A DNA stretch of 63,257 nt, counting the filler, from Octopus bimaculoides (lineage: Eukaryota), in assembly GCF_001194135.2 (NCBI RefSeq). It is 4 parts of 4 records of this genome, joined end to end, with 100 filler letters (N's around TTAATTAATTAA, not from the genome) between each part and the next. Parts side by side here need not be neighbours in the genome. Positions count along the whole stretch, not along the records: positions 61,796 to 63,257 come from NC_069002.1; 3 more parts are not named here. One strand, given 5' to 3'. Both the position numbers and the translations under genes were made by a program. Below, one piece after another: positions 63,063 through 63,257 of the stretch. The notes under the pieces were generated by a model that was not told where the DNA came from, ran no database searches, and was given only the letters and a program-made list of their open reading frames with translations. Position 1 is the first letter of the stretch, and every line of letters starts with the position of its first letter.

Positions 63063-63181
63063 TATAGTATACACATACATGTTACTATAATCCTATATAC
63101 AGGATCCCATGAATATATACATCCACATTATGCGTACATAATTGTGTATAAACGTGTGTGTATATTTATGCATATATCTAT

Positions 63182-63257
<76 letters not shown>

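Overview
Eukaryotic, AT-rich, repeat-dense draft scaffold with many N gaps. The SINE, RTE and microsatellite content looks like a coleoid cephalopod, most likely Octopus; this is recognition from memory, not a database result. No host protein-coding exon can be identified with confidence. Nearly all ORF-track entries are translations of microsatellites, gaps or decayed transposons. The window holds: a degraded RTE LINE (15.9-18.3 kb, 3' end at 20.0-20.7 kb) with a PHD-type zinc finger inside its reverse transcriptase; many 5'-truncated copies of its (GAT)n-tailed 3' UTR; at least four tRNA-headed SINE families; Tc1/mariner remnants; a long-TIR MITE; and Penelope, Rex3/Expander-like RTE and R4/Dong-like fragments. 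The best non-repeat signal is a CpG-rich promoter-like region at 27.4-29.1 kb. It has a + strand exon ending CAG|GTAAGT at 28002, a 97-nt intron, and a 12-nt microexon or recursive splice site. It sits where CpG-poor DNA (left) changes to CpG-retaining DNA (right). I found no CRISPR array, no intact RNA gene and no clearly new multi-gene system. The leads reported are structural and mostly inferential.
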